Shown piece after piece: positions 36,192-46,245 of a stretch of DNA of 64,000 nucleotides. Both the position numbers and the translations under genes were made by a program. How positions within the stretch are numbered: position 1 is the stretch's first letter; the number at the start of each line of letters is the position of its first letter. The notes below the pieces were generated by a model that was not told the origin of the DNA, did no database searches, and saw only the letters and a list, made by a program, of their open reading frames with translations. Origin of the DNA: Escherichia phage ime; sequence record MN850576.1, one strand, 5' to 3'.

Positions 36192-36415
36192 AGGTCCTCT
36201 TCAACAGCTACAAACTTGGCAAGCAGGGTGGTTCCGTAGATATGATACTCACCGTTTGCCAGATGGGAGATAAACCAGGCAACCCCTTCCTCGTCTTTAA
36301 TCATTTTATTTGCACGAGCTTTATCGTAATAAACCTCGTAGGTCTTTCCTTCTTTAAAGAATGACAGGTCTGTCATCTTTTCTTCTACAAAGGTAGCTTT
36401 AACCAAAGTCGTCAT
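36188..36415 (-). CDS. hypothetical protein
   Basis: ORF track; ATGA overlap. Confidence 0.45.
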   Translation of the reverse strand: MTTLVKATFVEEKMTDLSFFKEGKTYEVYYDKARANKMIKDEEGVAWFISHLANGEYHIYGTTLLAKFVAVEEDL

Positions 36416-36696
36416 TGATCAGTCTCCTTCTTGTTAAGTCTGAATACTGCAATAATAGCATTCCCAAGGTGCAGTGTCAAATCATTTCCAAGATACCACA
36501 GCATCCCACGGTCATCTTTAATGAAAGGGTAACAATCTGGTGCCTTCCAGACATTGTACACTTTGCCAACCTGAAAGAAATCAGGCCCTGTCGGGATTTT
36601 GGTGCCAGGCCACACTTGAGATACCTGAACACACTCCACCTGCATAATAACAGGAATAGTCATGGATGTAAATGTTTTTGTTGGTTCTACTACCAT
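36412..36696 (-). CDS. hypothetical protein
   Basis: ATG 36696 with AAAGAGGAGA RBS (track ORF extends to 36786). Confidence 0.45.
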   Translation of the reverse strand: MVVEPTKTFTSMTIPVIMQVECVQVSQVWPGTKIPTGPDFFQVGKVYNVWKAPDCYPFIKDDRGMLWYLGNDLTLHLGNAIIAVFRLNKKETDQ

Positions 36697-36745
36697 AAAA
36701 GTCTCCTCTTTGCTCAACAACACTTCCATGTGTTGATAGTTTACA

Positions 36746-37099
36746 TTAGTGACAATCACCCCAATTACGACCACACAAGTATTCACCTGTGATCTGGAAC
36801 GGGACTCCCATCATTTTAGAAGCTTGCCAGAAGCAATGCACCACCATTTCACCCACAGGGCTCCAGATAAGTTCAAGCTTTCCGTCATCGTTCAGGATAG
36901 GATCGTACACCGTGTTTCCGTCTCTGTCAACCACTTCGTTTCCGTTTTCATCCTTGCGTGCCTTTTTGTACTTATGACCGTCAAACACATGAAGTTTGGC
37001 CTCCTGCTCTGCCTTAAATGCTTCCAATTCTTCAATTGTGTCGAAGGTGTACACAGTCTTATACTTAGGCGTGTCAGGGACCTGAAGTTGGTACTCATC
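36746..37099 (-). CDS. DNA polymerase (family A) C-terminal segment: putative exon 2 or C-terminal fragment
   Basis: Begins DEYQLQV directly after a TTG pseudo-start and ends ...NWGDCH like the conserved Pol A C-terminal His; no independent RBS. Confidence 0.55.
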   Translation of the reverse strand, partial: DEYQLQVPDTPKYKTVYTFDTIEELEAFKAEQEAKLHVFDGHKYKKARKDENGNEVVDRDGNTVYDPILNDDGKLELIWSPVGEMVVHCFWQASKMMGVPFQITGEYLCGRNWGDCH

Positions 37100-38001
37100 C
37101 AATAGTTCAGGTAGGTCGTTAAGCTACCCCGCACCATTACGTGCACAGCCATACGGTTTCCTGTATGGATCGGACTATCTCACTACCTTGTTACCAAGGC
37201 ACCTCTCATTTCGACCGCACTTGCTGGCCTACTCTACTCGCTTCTTCACACCAAACTATGTTGGAGCTATGCTTTCGATAGTCTCTGAACGTTACTACCA
37301 GGTGTAGTTTTTAGAGATATGTTTCCACTGTCTTCTTTGCTTTATGGCTCTGACCGTCTCATAAGGATACCCAAGATCCCTAATCTCACATTGTCGTAGA
37401 CCACTCTGCAACAGTTCACAAATCTCCATTACCTCATCCTCGGTCAGCACAGCGTTGGCATTATACTCACCGACTGGCCTTACTCTGAGCTCATTATCGT
37501 AGGCGTGTTTGATATTTTCACCGGGGGTAGTCCATTCCAGGTTCCAGTATGCATTGTTGTACTTATTTCCATCCTTATGGTTCACCCATGTGAGCTTTTC
37601 AGGATCAGGGTTCGGTACAAAGCATTCAGCAACCAAGTGGTGGACACCTTTTGTGCACTGCCTTCCATCGATGAGCATGGTTACGCAAAGGTAACCTCTA
37701 CCATTATCAAAACAAAACATTGTTGTATGATCACGTTTCGATAAAGGTATTGTTCCATCATCAAACACGATATACCCGTGATAATCAGCTGATCTAGCCA
37801 TTTTAACTACACCCCTTTAGTCTTCGCTGCGGATTAGCATATTGAGTTTTTACCATGTTTAGGTGTAAAAGTCAACTTAGCCTTCCCGTCAATTAAAGAG
37901 GTTTTCGACGTGCATCACTGCACGAAGCCACAATGTTATTTATGGTAATAAATAATACGACGAACACCTTCATCGTACCACCCACGCTTCACCATTTGGT
38001 G
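37100..38001 (-). mobile_element. ~900-bp insertion in DNA polymerase gene (putative group I intron carrying an HNH homing endonuclease gene)
   Basis: Interrupts Pol A at motif C (H|DE); stop-rich flanks of 134 and 193 nt around the HNH ORF; last nucleotide G before exon 2. Confidence 0.45.
37295..37801 (-). CDS. HNH homing endonuclease
   Basis: HHLVAECFVPNP...VNHKDGNKYNNAYWNLEWTTPGEN HNH signature. Confidence 0.75.
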   Translation of the reverse strand: MARSADYHGYIVFDDGTIPLSKRDHTTMFCFDNGRGYLCVTMLIDGRQCTKGVHHLVAECFVPNPDPEKLTWVNHKDGNKYNNAYWNLEWTTPGENIKHAYDNELRVRPVGEYNANAVLTEDEVMEICELLQSGLRQCEIRDLGYPYETVRAIKQRRQWKHISKNYTW

Positions 38002-40365
38002 GTGCATGAGTATCCCAACTAAGTCACACAACGATGCACCACCATTTTGTTGGTATGCATTAAGTAAAGAGTGTTTAGATCGGGTCCAGATAGCATGACC
38101 ATCAAAAGAGTAGATAAACTTCTTACCCGTTGCTTCCCAGAATTTCTCCAGATCCTCTTTACGCCCTTTAAGACCAGGGTTGGCATCCCAAAGCGCATCG
38201 ATTACCCTTTGCCCCAACTCTGGGGAGATATCCAGCATGTCTGCAACTTTATCTTTTTGTGCCCCATACATAACCCCGTACGTGATAGGTTTACCGTCGT
38301 TACGAGACACCTCTCTACCTGCTACTTTCGTATATGCCTCAGCATTGTTTTGGTGGGCATCCCCGTTACTTACAACATCGTAATACAGGCCGTTGTCGAA
38401 CTCAAAGGCACCCCAAGCCCCGATAAGCTGCTCTAAGTTGGACCCGTCAATACCGATCTCAAAGTATCCTGGAGGAACACCCCACAGACTGCGCATCTCT
38501 TTACCCATAACCACTTTAGGAGATGGTTTAGGCATGTTTGCACAAATACTGTGTTTCTGTCGGGAAGTGTTTGTTAATCCAGAGCTTTTAGCAGGAAGCT
38601 TATGGTCAATCTTCAAACGTGGGTGATTAAGAAGACCAGTATCAACCTTATCCTCCTTGATTGGATCAAGGACCGATCTGCGGTTTCGCAATGATAACCA
38701 CAAGACGATATCTTTAGCCATCTCTCCGTTCAATTTTTCAAGATTCGGACATAGGTGTCCAAACGTATCTTTCAGTTGCGGAGAAGTAATAAGTGCCCTG
38801 GCTTTTCTGCGTATTTTCCCGAACACTTCCTTTTTAATCCTTTCGGAGTTAGGAAAGCTTCGGAACTTGTGCACTGTTGTCTGAAACTTAGCATCAGTTT
38901 TGTTCCAGAAGTTGATAATTAGGTCACAATACTCTGACTCTAAAAGCTCGTCCATGTATGCATATACTCGTGCATCAACATCTGCATCAGGTAGAGCTTT
39001 CTTCTTGCTGTCCTTAGTTACATCCTTAGTTCTCCACATTGTCGGAAGCCAACCAGCACTGATCAGGTATCGCTTAATGTCGTCCTGGTTGCTGATTTTC
39101 ATAGGTATCTTGCAGTCAGGCATTCGCTTCTGCTGCAGATCACTTATTGCCTGATCCATCAGCTCTTTAGGTAAAGGTTGTGGTGTGGAGGTGCCCTTAA
39201 TATAACCTCTCAAGAAATCAGCCATCTTGTCGGGGTCTTTGCAGCCCATCTCTTCGCACCATTTTATCCCCATCTTGCTGACATCTCCTGTGGAGGTAAA
39301 TGCTCGCTTAGGCGGGGCTTTGAATTCTAAAGCGCTCATGTCTACAGGATAGCCAAGCTTATCTTTTAACCATTTCCAACCATTATTGGAGATTGTCCCA
39401 TCTTGGTTAAACGGCTTTTCAGGGAACTTGGGCCGCTGAGACATTGACAACTCTTTTAAAGGAAGTTGAGGTTCAACACGATCAGCGATCTCTTTCATCC
39501 ACGCATCGCAACGGTCACGTAAAGCAATAGCTCCATCTATGTCGAAGTATACACCCTGACGGGCCTGCAGCTCCATCAGGAAGTGCTGCAGCATGCCTCG
39601 ACGTAATGCGTTCTTCCAGGTGATCTTCTTGAACCCTTTCGGCTTCTCTTTGGCTGGATCGTACATAAAGTTCTGCATGTCAGATTTGCCGTAGAATACA
39701 CCTTTTGATTCCGCTACCAGCTCTTTCCAGAGCAGCTCCTGGATGATAACGTCCTCGAATACACGATCCACATACTTCCACAACGGAAGATCGCGCCAGT
39801 CATCAATTTGAACTTTCTGGTTACCAAGGGCGTAGCCCCATGCCATAAGGCCGTGAGGACCAACAGGCTGCATTTTCTTAGTAACCGGGTTGAATACAGA
39901 GTCCGGACAACCTTTTGGTAAAGGGCGATCAGGCCACAAGATTCTGCTCATCGCCAACGTATCAAACAGGTTAACCTGGTGGTCGTTGATAGTCCCCATG
40001 CATTTAGGATCACGGAACATATCAAAATGAATACCGGATAATCTTTCCATCAGCATAAAGTCATAACTGTAGCAGTTATGGCAGTTCAAAGCTGTTGGTG
40101 ACCAGTCGGAATTGCCTGTAAGCCAACCTTCCAACTCCGAAAAATCTGCTATGCGAACTTCAAAATCTTTATGAAGAGTTTTCTTTGCCAGAATAAAGTT
40201 CTTAGCCTTCTCTATATCCTCTTCGGAGTAGTGTGTGCGGTCATTTAGAGGAAGGAACAGCATAAAACGGTTCTTATTCAGCTCTTTAAACAGGCCGCAG
40301 TGATAATAAAGATCTGGATCTTCCAGCAAACCGGATGACTCAAAGTCGAACGACCACATGCTCAT
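38002..40365 (-). CDS. DNA polymerase, family A (exon 1: 3'-5' exonuclease domain and polymerase motifs A and B)
   Basis: Exo I FDFES; motif A IDGSNLEQL; motif B KPITYGVMYG; frame reads ...GILMH then runs on 21 codons into the insertion to stop at 37936; TAAGGAGA RBS. Confidence 0.8.
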
Positions 40366-40423
40366 ATACAGTTCTCCTTAAAGGGGAGGCGGTTGTACTA
40401 CCCCTCCCACTCTTTGTTAAACA

Positions 40424-42502
40424 TTAAAAAGGTGTTTCATCATCCTCAAAACCAGGGACCGGATCAGAGGATGGATCATCGTATTGGAGGTCTTCCTGCG
40501 TGTCAATAGGCTTGACAGTGGGTGTTACAACCTTATCAGCCACAACCTTGCCCATAGGTGTTTCTACAACTGCATGCTCCTGATCCTCAAACATAGCCTG
40601 AGGTCTCCAAACAACCTCCCCACCTTCTCCGTCTGTAAACATCTGCATTTCTTTGTCCCAGTACCAATTACTGGCATCATGGAACTTACCTGTATGCGGA
40701 TCCATAACTAAAGTGTCAGCAATACCTAAAGTTTTTGCTGGACGGTTTTTAAGACCTACCAGACGGACACGTCCACGAGAACGATCCACCATTTCTTCGG
40801 CCTCGACACCTATGACTACCCAACTCAACTGTTCAAGCCCAGCCGATCCTCGCAAATTCTCTTTTCGCACAGGATACCAGAAAGGTAATGGGTTACCATC
40901 CTTGTCCTTAGGGGGCACAATCTCTGTACGTTTGAGGTGAGCGATCACCAAGATAAACACGTTAAACTGCTTACAAAACGCAGCCAGTTGGGTCATAGCC
41001 ATGTCCAGTTCTTTTCGCTCATCCTTAACATTAAGCCCTGAAATTACCATGGACAGGTGATCCAGCACAATATAACGACAATGGTACAGGCAAACCATTT
41101 GCTTAAGCTTGGTAATCAACTCGTCCACTGGAATAGACCCGAAATGTTTGAACACTTTGATTTTTCCAGCTTTTGCCCATGATTGGTGAATCTCTGCGTG
41201 TTCTTGATCAGTTAAAAACTGGCTAGGATCTTCAACAAACTCTTTAACATCAAACCCTAACTGGTTTGCATACAAGGAGTTAATTGCTTCCTCTGGGTCC
41301 TCCTCAAGATGGATCATACATAGACGATCATCCTCTTCATAGTCATCAGCCTTCGGGCATGTTGGGTCCATTAGGTATCTTGCAATACAATGTTCCAGTT
41401 TTTTAGCTACGGTTGTTTTACCGCCACCTGATGGGCCTGTAAGCATTACAAGTGTCCCCTTGTGCAAGCCTTTTAACATTTTTTGCAGTTTTGGGAACTC
41501 TGCACTGATATCTACCCCGTTGGAAGTCTTTTTCCGCAAAGACTCGATAGAGAAGTCTTCTAAGTCCGACACAGCATCAGGCACGTATTTAACAGGATGC
41601 CGGAACATGTTGACAATATCTTCCAGCTTTTTAGCCTTCAGCATGTCACGGATATCTTTTACCCCGTCAGGGTCATTTACTTCACCAGGGTATTCTACGT
41701 GGTAAACGTTATCAGCCATCAAAAATGCTGCGATATTGTGCGTGGCCTCAACACCTTTAATGACGTGTTTTTGCTTCTCTACCTCGTTGGCTGCATCGTT
41801 ATCCATTGCCAGCACAACTGTTCCATAGCTACGGATAAACTTCTCATTGTTTGCAAAAGTATCTACTGCGTTTGCACATCCACAGTTAATTCCAACAAAA
41901 GGTAGGCAGGGTTTTCCTGCCAGATCACCACCGTTGATAACTGCATCGATCCCGTCCTGGACCTCTTTAGCCCACTGTTTCACCTTTGCCGGGGCTTTAG
42001 CATTGGTGAGAATCCCTTTTACTTGTATCTGATATGCAGCCTGCCATGCTGCAATAACATCGCCTTCCCCCTCACAAACGTTAATCTGCTTACGGTTGTT
42101 AGAAGATGCACACAGCTTTTGCCCAAACATTTGGGAGTTAGCCTTTACGATCCCAACCGTCGTAAAGTGCCCACGTTGCTCTTTGGGGATCGTCCAGTCA
42201 CGCTTTTTGAAACCGGACAGATTCCCGTAGCGGTCGTAATATGGGAAATATGTTGCAGTAACTGTCACACCGTCTTCTTGGGACAATGCTGATCGCACAC
42301 CAAAATATTGTGCAGCCATCAGACCGATATTTTGTTGTGGGACAGGGACAATTTTAGTATTTTCTAAAACAGTCTCTACAGTTTCAACTTCTTTTTCATC
42401 ACGATAGTCTCGTTTCACACTTCCCCCACTTTTATACTTAGTTGCTTTCGGGTTTGGCTCACCGAAACGGTTGTATGCAGATGCCATAAATTTACTTCCC
42501 AT
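40424..42502 (-). CDS. bifunctional primase-helicase (T7 gp4-like: TOPRIM primase plus DnaB-family helicase)
   Basis: TOPRIM-like CEGEGD/AMDNDAANE; Walker A GPSGGGKT; acidic C-terminus ...FEDDETPF. Confidence 0.85.
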   Translation of the reverse strand: MGSKFMASAYNRFGEPNPKATKYKSGGSVKRDYRDEKEVETVETVLENTKIVPVPQQNIGLMAAQYFGVRSALSQEDGVTVTATYFPYYDRYGNLSGFKKRDWTIPKEQRGHFTTVGIVKANSQMFGQKLCASSNNRKQINVCEGEGDVIAAWQAAYQIQVKGILTNAKAPAKVKQWAKEVQDGIDAVINGGDLAGKPCLPFVGINCGCANAVDTFANNEKFIRSYGTVVLAMDNDAANEVEKQKHVIKGVEATHNIAAFLMADNVYHVEYPGEVNDPDGVKDIRDMLKAKKLEDIVNMFRHPVKYVPDAVSDLEDFSIESLRKKTSNGVDISAEFPKLQKMLKGLHKGTLVMLTGPSGGGKTTVAKKLEHCIARYLMDPTCPKADDYEEDDRLCMIHLEEDPEEAINSLYANQLGFDVKEFVEDPSQFLTDQEHAEIHQSWAKAGKIKVFKHFGSIPVDELITKLKQMVCLYHCRYIVLDHLSMVISGLNVKDERKELDMAMTQLAAFCKQFNVFILVIAHLKRTEIVPPKDKDGNPLPFWYPVRKENLRGSAGLEQLSWVVIGVEAEEMVDRSRGRVRLVGLKNRPAKTLGIADTLVMDPHTGKFHDASNWYWDKEMQMFTDGEGGEVVWRPQAMFEDQEHAVVETPMGKVVADKVVTPTVKPIDTQEDLQYDDPSSDPVPGFEDDETPF

Positions 42503-43286
42503 TAATTCTGCTCCTTACTACAGGCTCGTTTGCTAAGAATACGGCTTTTGCCCAGCCACGTGGTGTGAGGCTTCGGATCATCTTCGTTCTTGCACTCTTC
42601 CCACCCAGCTTGGCGTGTTGCATGGAATACCCGCTAACCGCGTCAACTATTTGCGGGACAGGTTTTGTGGCCGGGATTATAAATCCATTACCTATCCAGC
42701 CGCAAGTTATTTTTGGATAGGCATCACGTGGAGCTATAAATTCAGGAAACCAGGGGTTTACATCATCCTCCGGTAAATACCCGCCATAGTCAGAAGGATG
42801 AAAACGGTAATCAGGTTTGCGCCACAGTGTGGACATAACACCAACAGGATTCTCTACATGCCACGGGCAATCGTAAATCTCTCCCAGCTCTTCCGCAACC
42901 CGAGCATCCTTTACAGCATTAATTTGGATCAAAGGATCCTTAGCCAGCTTTTTCTTAAAATGTGCAGCACCTGATACCGCTAAATGCGTGCACGGAGGAA
43001 ATGCAAGAATAAAGTCTGGAGCTGGATACATGCAAAAAGTTTCCTGAGGGAACCATGGGTCAATCCAATAATCCACATAGTGAATGTTAGGATGATCGGT
43101 TATCACCTCTGCATAACTGCCGTGGTCAGCACCTTCTGCATTAAAGCACAGGCACAGGTACCCAGCTTTTGCCCAGTCAATAACTGCACCACCAGACCCG
43201 TCAAATAGACTCCACACAACACCTTTGTGGTAGTGTTCTTTGTAGATGAATTTCAATTTGCTGTCTCCTAATGCAAAAAGCCCCAC
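42492..43286 (-). CDS. DNA cytosine-5 methyltransferase-like protein (atypical)
   Basis: Motif I LFDGSGG, motif IV AFPPCT (PCQ-like, Q to T), motif VI ENPVG; overlaps primase-helicase start by 11 nt. Confidence 0.55.
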   Translation of the reverse strand: MGLFALGDSKLKFIYKEHYHKGVVWSLFDGSGGAVIDWAKAGYLCLCFNAEGADHGSYAEVITDHPNIHYVDYWIDPWFPQETFCMYPAPDFILAFPPCTHLAVSGAAHFKKKLAKDPLIQINAVKDARVAEELGEIYDCPWHVENPVGVMSTLWRKPDYRFHPSDYGGYLPEDDVNPWFPEFIAPRDAYPKITCGWIGNGFIIPATKPVPQIVDAVSGYSMQHAKLGGKSARTKMIRSLTPRGWAKAVFLANEPVVRSRINGK

Positions 43287-43307
43287 CCTTTCGGGCAGGG
43301 CCTAGTG

Positions 43308-43790
43308 TTAAACCCGGATACCTATTGTATACTCGGTGGATACCAATGTCAAATCTAAATTTAAAATTTCTTGCATCTCATAATATGCGTCCAGGGTTAG
43401 ATACATTTCCCCATCCTTTTCTACATACTTGTCCAAGTGCTTGAGGCATTTCGGATAACTATCAAGTGCAGCTTTCAGGCACTCAAACTCTGTGCTGTTG
43501 ATGAATCCTTCCATCTTGGCTACCCGTTCTGGGGTAATGATAGCACTGTAGTGAGATTTAGCTTCCTGAATGCAATGGGTCCAAGCATCAACCTTCTCTT
43601 CGAAAAGTCCAAAGAACTTCTTTTTGGTGAGCTTCAGATTCTTTAAGTGCTTAAGCACTCGGTTGCCGATTACAGCCACATCACGAAACTTAAGGATCAC
43701 CTTGTCGATATCCTCGCGGCCTATTTTCACAAAGCAGGCTTCGCACATTTCAGGGGCTGCGTAACCTACTTTCCACATAAAATCTGACAT
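43308..43790 (-). CDS. hypothetical protein
   Basis: ORF track. Confidence 0.5.
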   Translation of the reverse strand: MSDFMWKVGYAAPEMCEACFVKIGREDIDKVILKFRDVAVIGNRVLKHLKNLKLTKKKFFGLFEEKVDAWTHCIQEAKSHYSAIITPERVAKMEGFINSTEFECLKAALDSYPKCLKHLDKYVEKDGEMYLTLDAYYEMQEILNLDLTLVSTEYTIGIRV

Positions 43791-43802
43791 ACCGCCTTCT
43801 CC

Positions 43803-44198
43803 TTATTCCTTAAAAGCTATGATATCATAGGAACTTGCAGATGATTCTGGTGAAGAATGACTCCAGTCCAGGTCATCAGAATAGTCAGCGTACTGTGCAC
43901 CACTACGTAGTTTATATTTTACCCACTTACCTGGTGCAGGGTTTTCACCACCTTCCCATACTTCCCAGCCTTCTGGCAGGCCGTCCTGGGGATAGTCATC
44001 CACCTCACTAATAATCTTAGGGTTTGGCACCAAGATCCCTGCAGGCTCTTCCTTCCGGATAAGTGTCCACACAACGTAGGTGTCTGAGCAGGCGCATGAT
44101 AGCAAAGTATATCCACTATTCAGAACTTCTGCAAGCTCTTTTTCAGCATCTTCCAATTTGGTTAAGTGGTATTGGATAATCTTCACACCTGTAATCAT
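43803..44198 (-). CDS. hypothetical protein
   Basis: ORF track. Confidence 0.5.
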   Translation of the reverse strand: MITGVKIIQYHLTKLEDAEKELAEVLNSGYTLLSCACSDTYVVWTLIRKEEPAGILVPNPKIISEVDDYPQDGLPEGWEVWEGGENPAPGKWVKYKLRSGAQYADYSDDLDWSHSSPESSASSYDIIAFKE

Positions 44199-44503
44199 CA
44201 GAAACCTCCCACTTCTTCAGCAAATGCAGCTGCTGTCGTCGCTGCATCCAGATAGGACTCTAGTTCACGGGCTGCACGTTTGTAAATTGAGTGGCGCATA
44301 TCGTTTGGCAGTTGGTGGAAGTCCACCTCTTCACCGTTGTGGTAAACATGCACATCGGTGATTTGTCTAAATCCGTAACAGTCAACATCAGAATCCCGGC
44401 ACTCCGGATCTGGCAACTGAACAACTGCCTGAGCTTCCACAGTAAACATATCGTCAAGTTCGAAATCGATTTCAAAAGTGTATGGTTTATAACGTTTCAT
44501 CAT
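44198..44503 (-). CDS. hypothetical protein
   Basis: ORF track. Confidence 0.5.
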   Translation of the reverse strand: MMKRYKPYTFEIDFELDDMFTVEAQAVVQLPDPECRDSDVDCYGFRQITDVHVYHNGEEVDFHQLPNDMRHSIYKRAARELESYLDAATTAAAFAEEVGGF

Positions 44504-44516
44504 TTGATTGTACTCT

Positions 44517-45842
44517 TTATTGATCAGAATTATCTTTCGTAATTAAGGTCTGGGTAAGTTTGTAATAGCGGAAGCCACCGCCACCTTGCCAGCTTGCAGA
44601 CTTAGAAATACCACCTTGATCTTCACCATCAATCACTTTTTGCAAGCGAGGGATAATATGGGTATGACAATGATCACCCAGTTCGATCAAGATCCAACGT
44701 CTTTTCATCTTGTGGGCTACAGCAGCAGTAGTTCCCGAACCGCCGAATGAATCCAATACCAAATCACCTTCTCGCGTACACATTTCGAGAATCCGCTTCA
44801 AAAGCGCTTCTGGTTTTTTTCCATTTTTGAAACTAACGCCGCCTTCATTTGCTATTCCATTCCAACTAATGTCTGTCCAAACATCAGTTATTAGTTCCGC
44901 AGGTTGCATCTCACCGTCAATTTCCAAAAGCCTGTTGGAGTAAAAGACCATTTGCCTACCATTTGCGATATAAAATCCTTCAACATCCTCATTCGGATGT
45001 GCATAAACCTTATCCCTATCTTTCTTTGACTTCTCGATAGTTTCTTTTCTCTTTATTTTAGCGCCACCACCAATTGCAACAGATTGAAATACACGTTCTG
45101 CATTATCAATTGCGAATTGTGCTAATTCATCATCGAATGTGTCAGGCAGTTTTTTCTTAGCTTCTTTTGCATCTTTATAGCCATTGGCCTTTGCAAACGC
45201 ATCGGCAATACCGCACCACGTCCAATTTTTATAATGGTCATCCGGGTTTAATAGGTATTTGTTATATCCTGTATCATACCCTTTAGGTATATAGATTTTG
45301 TTAAGCGGTTTCTGGGTGCGATCTTTTGCATATACAAGCAAAAAGTTTGCTGTGGAGAAAACTGTGGCTCCTGTTGCCTTAAATCCCGAAGGGGAATTTG
45401 TGGTCATCGATATGGTATTTAACTGATTTGCACGACCAAAAATCTCGTCCATCAAAACTTTTAAATACGCCATTTCGCAATCATCTAAGTGAACGAATAT
45501 TACCCCATCATCACTTAGAAGATTACGAATTATTTCTAACCTATCCCTCATTAAGCCCAGCCAAATGGAATGCTCAAGGCTATCATCGTAGTGCTCAAAA
45601 GCCCTTCCAGTATTGAATGGTGGGTCTATGTAAACACATTTCACTTTGCCTGCATACTCTTGCTCTAGCGCCTTCAATGCTAATAAGTTATCTCCAAAAA
45701 TCAGTTTATTATCAAAAATATCGTTTTCGGTCACTTTCTGGCTGTGGTAAGACTTGCTAGAATCTTCTAACAAAATGTGCGGCTCTAACTTTTTGCGCTC
45801 GTTTTTACCTATCCAGGTTAGTTCTAATTTGGTTTTACTCAT
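44517..45842 (-). CDS. DNA methyltransferase, beta-class (N6-adenine or N4-cytosine)
   Basis: Motif IV VYIDPPF N-terminal, motif I FGGSGTT C-terminal. Confidence 0.7.
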   Translation of the reverse strand: MSKTKLELTWIGKNERKKLEPHILLEDSSKSYHSQKVTENDIFDNKLIFGDNLLALKALEQEYAGKVKCVYIDPPFNTGRAFEHYDDSLEHSIWLGLMRDRLEIIRNLLSDDGVIFVHLDDCEMAYLKVLMDEIFGRANQLNTISMTTNSPSGFKATGATVFSTANFLLVYAKDRTQKPLNKIYIPKGYDTGYNKYLLNPDDHYKNWTWCGIADAFAKANGYKDAKEAKKKLPDTFDDELAQFAIDNAERVFQSVAIGGGAKIKRKETIEKSKKDRDKVYAHPNEDVEGFYIANGRQMVFYSNRLLEIDGEMQPAELITDVWTDISWNGIANEGGVSFKNGKKPEALLKRILEMCTREGDLVLDSFGGSGTTAAVAHKMKRRWILIELGDHCHTHIIPRLQKVIDGEDQGGISKSASWQGGGGFRYYKLTQTLITKDNSDQ

Positions 45843-45903
45843 CGTTTGGTGCTCTCCTTAGTTTTTGTGGGGAGGAGTGCCTCCCCTTTATACTCACATC
45901 TTA

Positions 45904-46245
45904 CTACTCAAGGTCTTCAGAGTCAAGCTCAAAAAGAATCAAACTGTGCATACCTGCAGAGAGATTAACACACCCTGCAACAATAAGGGTTTGATAGTAA
46001 GGTTCAGCACCCTCAATGTCTTCGTTAAAATCCACAACAAGGTAGTCACCTTTGTTAAAGGTGTATTTGTCCGATGTAAACGCAAAACCTGCCCAGTCCC
46101 CTACTGCAGGATCTTTATCAGTCACCTTTGTTAGCAGTAGATCTTTTTCACGAGATCTTTTAGTAAAATCGTGAATCACAACATCCTTCTCTTCAGGAGT
46201 CGGATTGCCACACACGTAGTTAACGATATTTCTCCACAAACTCAT
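45904..46245 (-). CDS. hypothetical protein
   Basis: ORF track; ATGA overlap. Confidence 0.5.
   Translation of the reverse strand: MSLWRNIVNYVCGNPTPEEKDVVIHDFTKRSREKDLLLTKVTDKDPAVGDWAGFAFTSDKYTFNKGDYLVVDFNEDIEGAEPYYQTLIVAGCVNLSAGMHSLILFELDSEDLE

Noticed and set aside
36746-37102. ORF 36746..37102 as an independent gene starting at TTG 37102
   Set aside because: No RBS, a non-ATG start, and the product begins precisely with the DE of polymerase motif C; better explained as polymerase exon 2 or C-terminal fragment.
37936-38001. Last 21 codons of the 809-aa polymerase ORF (HQMVKRGWYDEGVRRIIYYHK) as true polymerase sequence
   Set aside because: Follows the point where motif C should begin and has no Pol A similarity; interpreted as read-through into the insertion.
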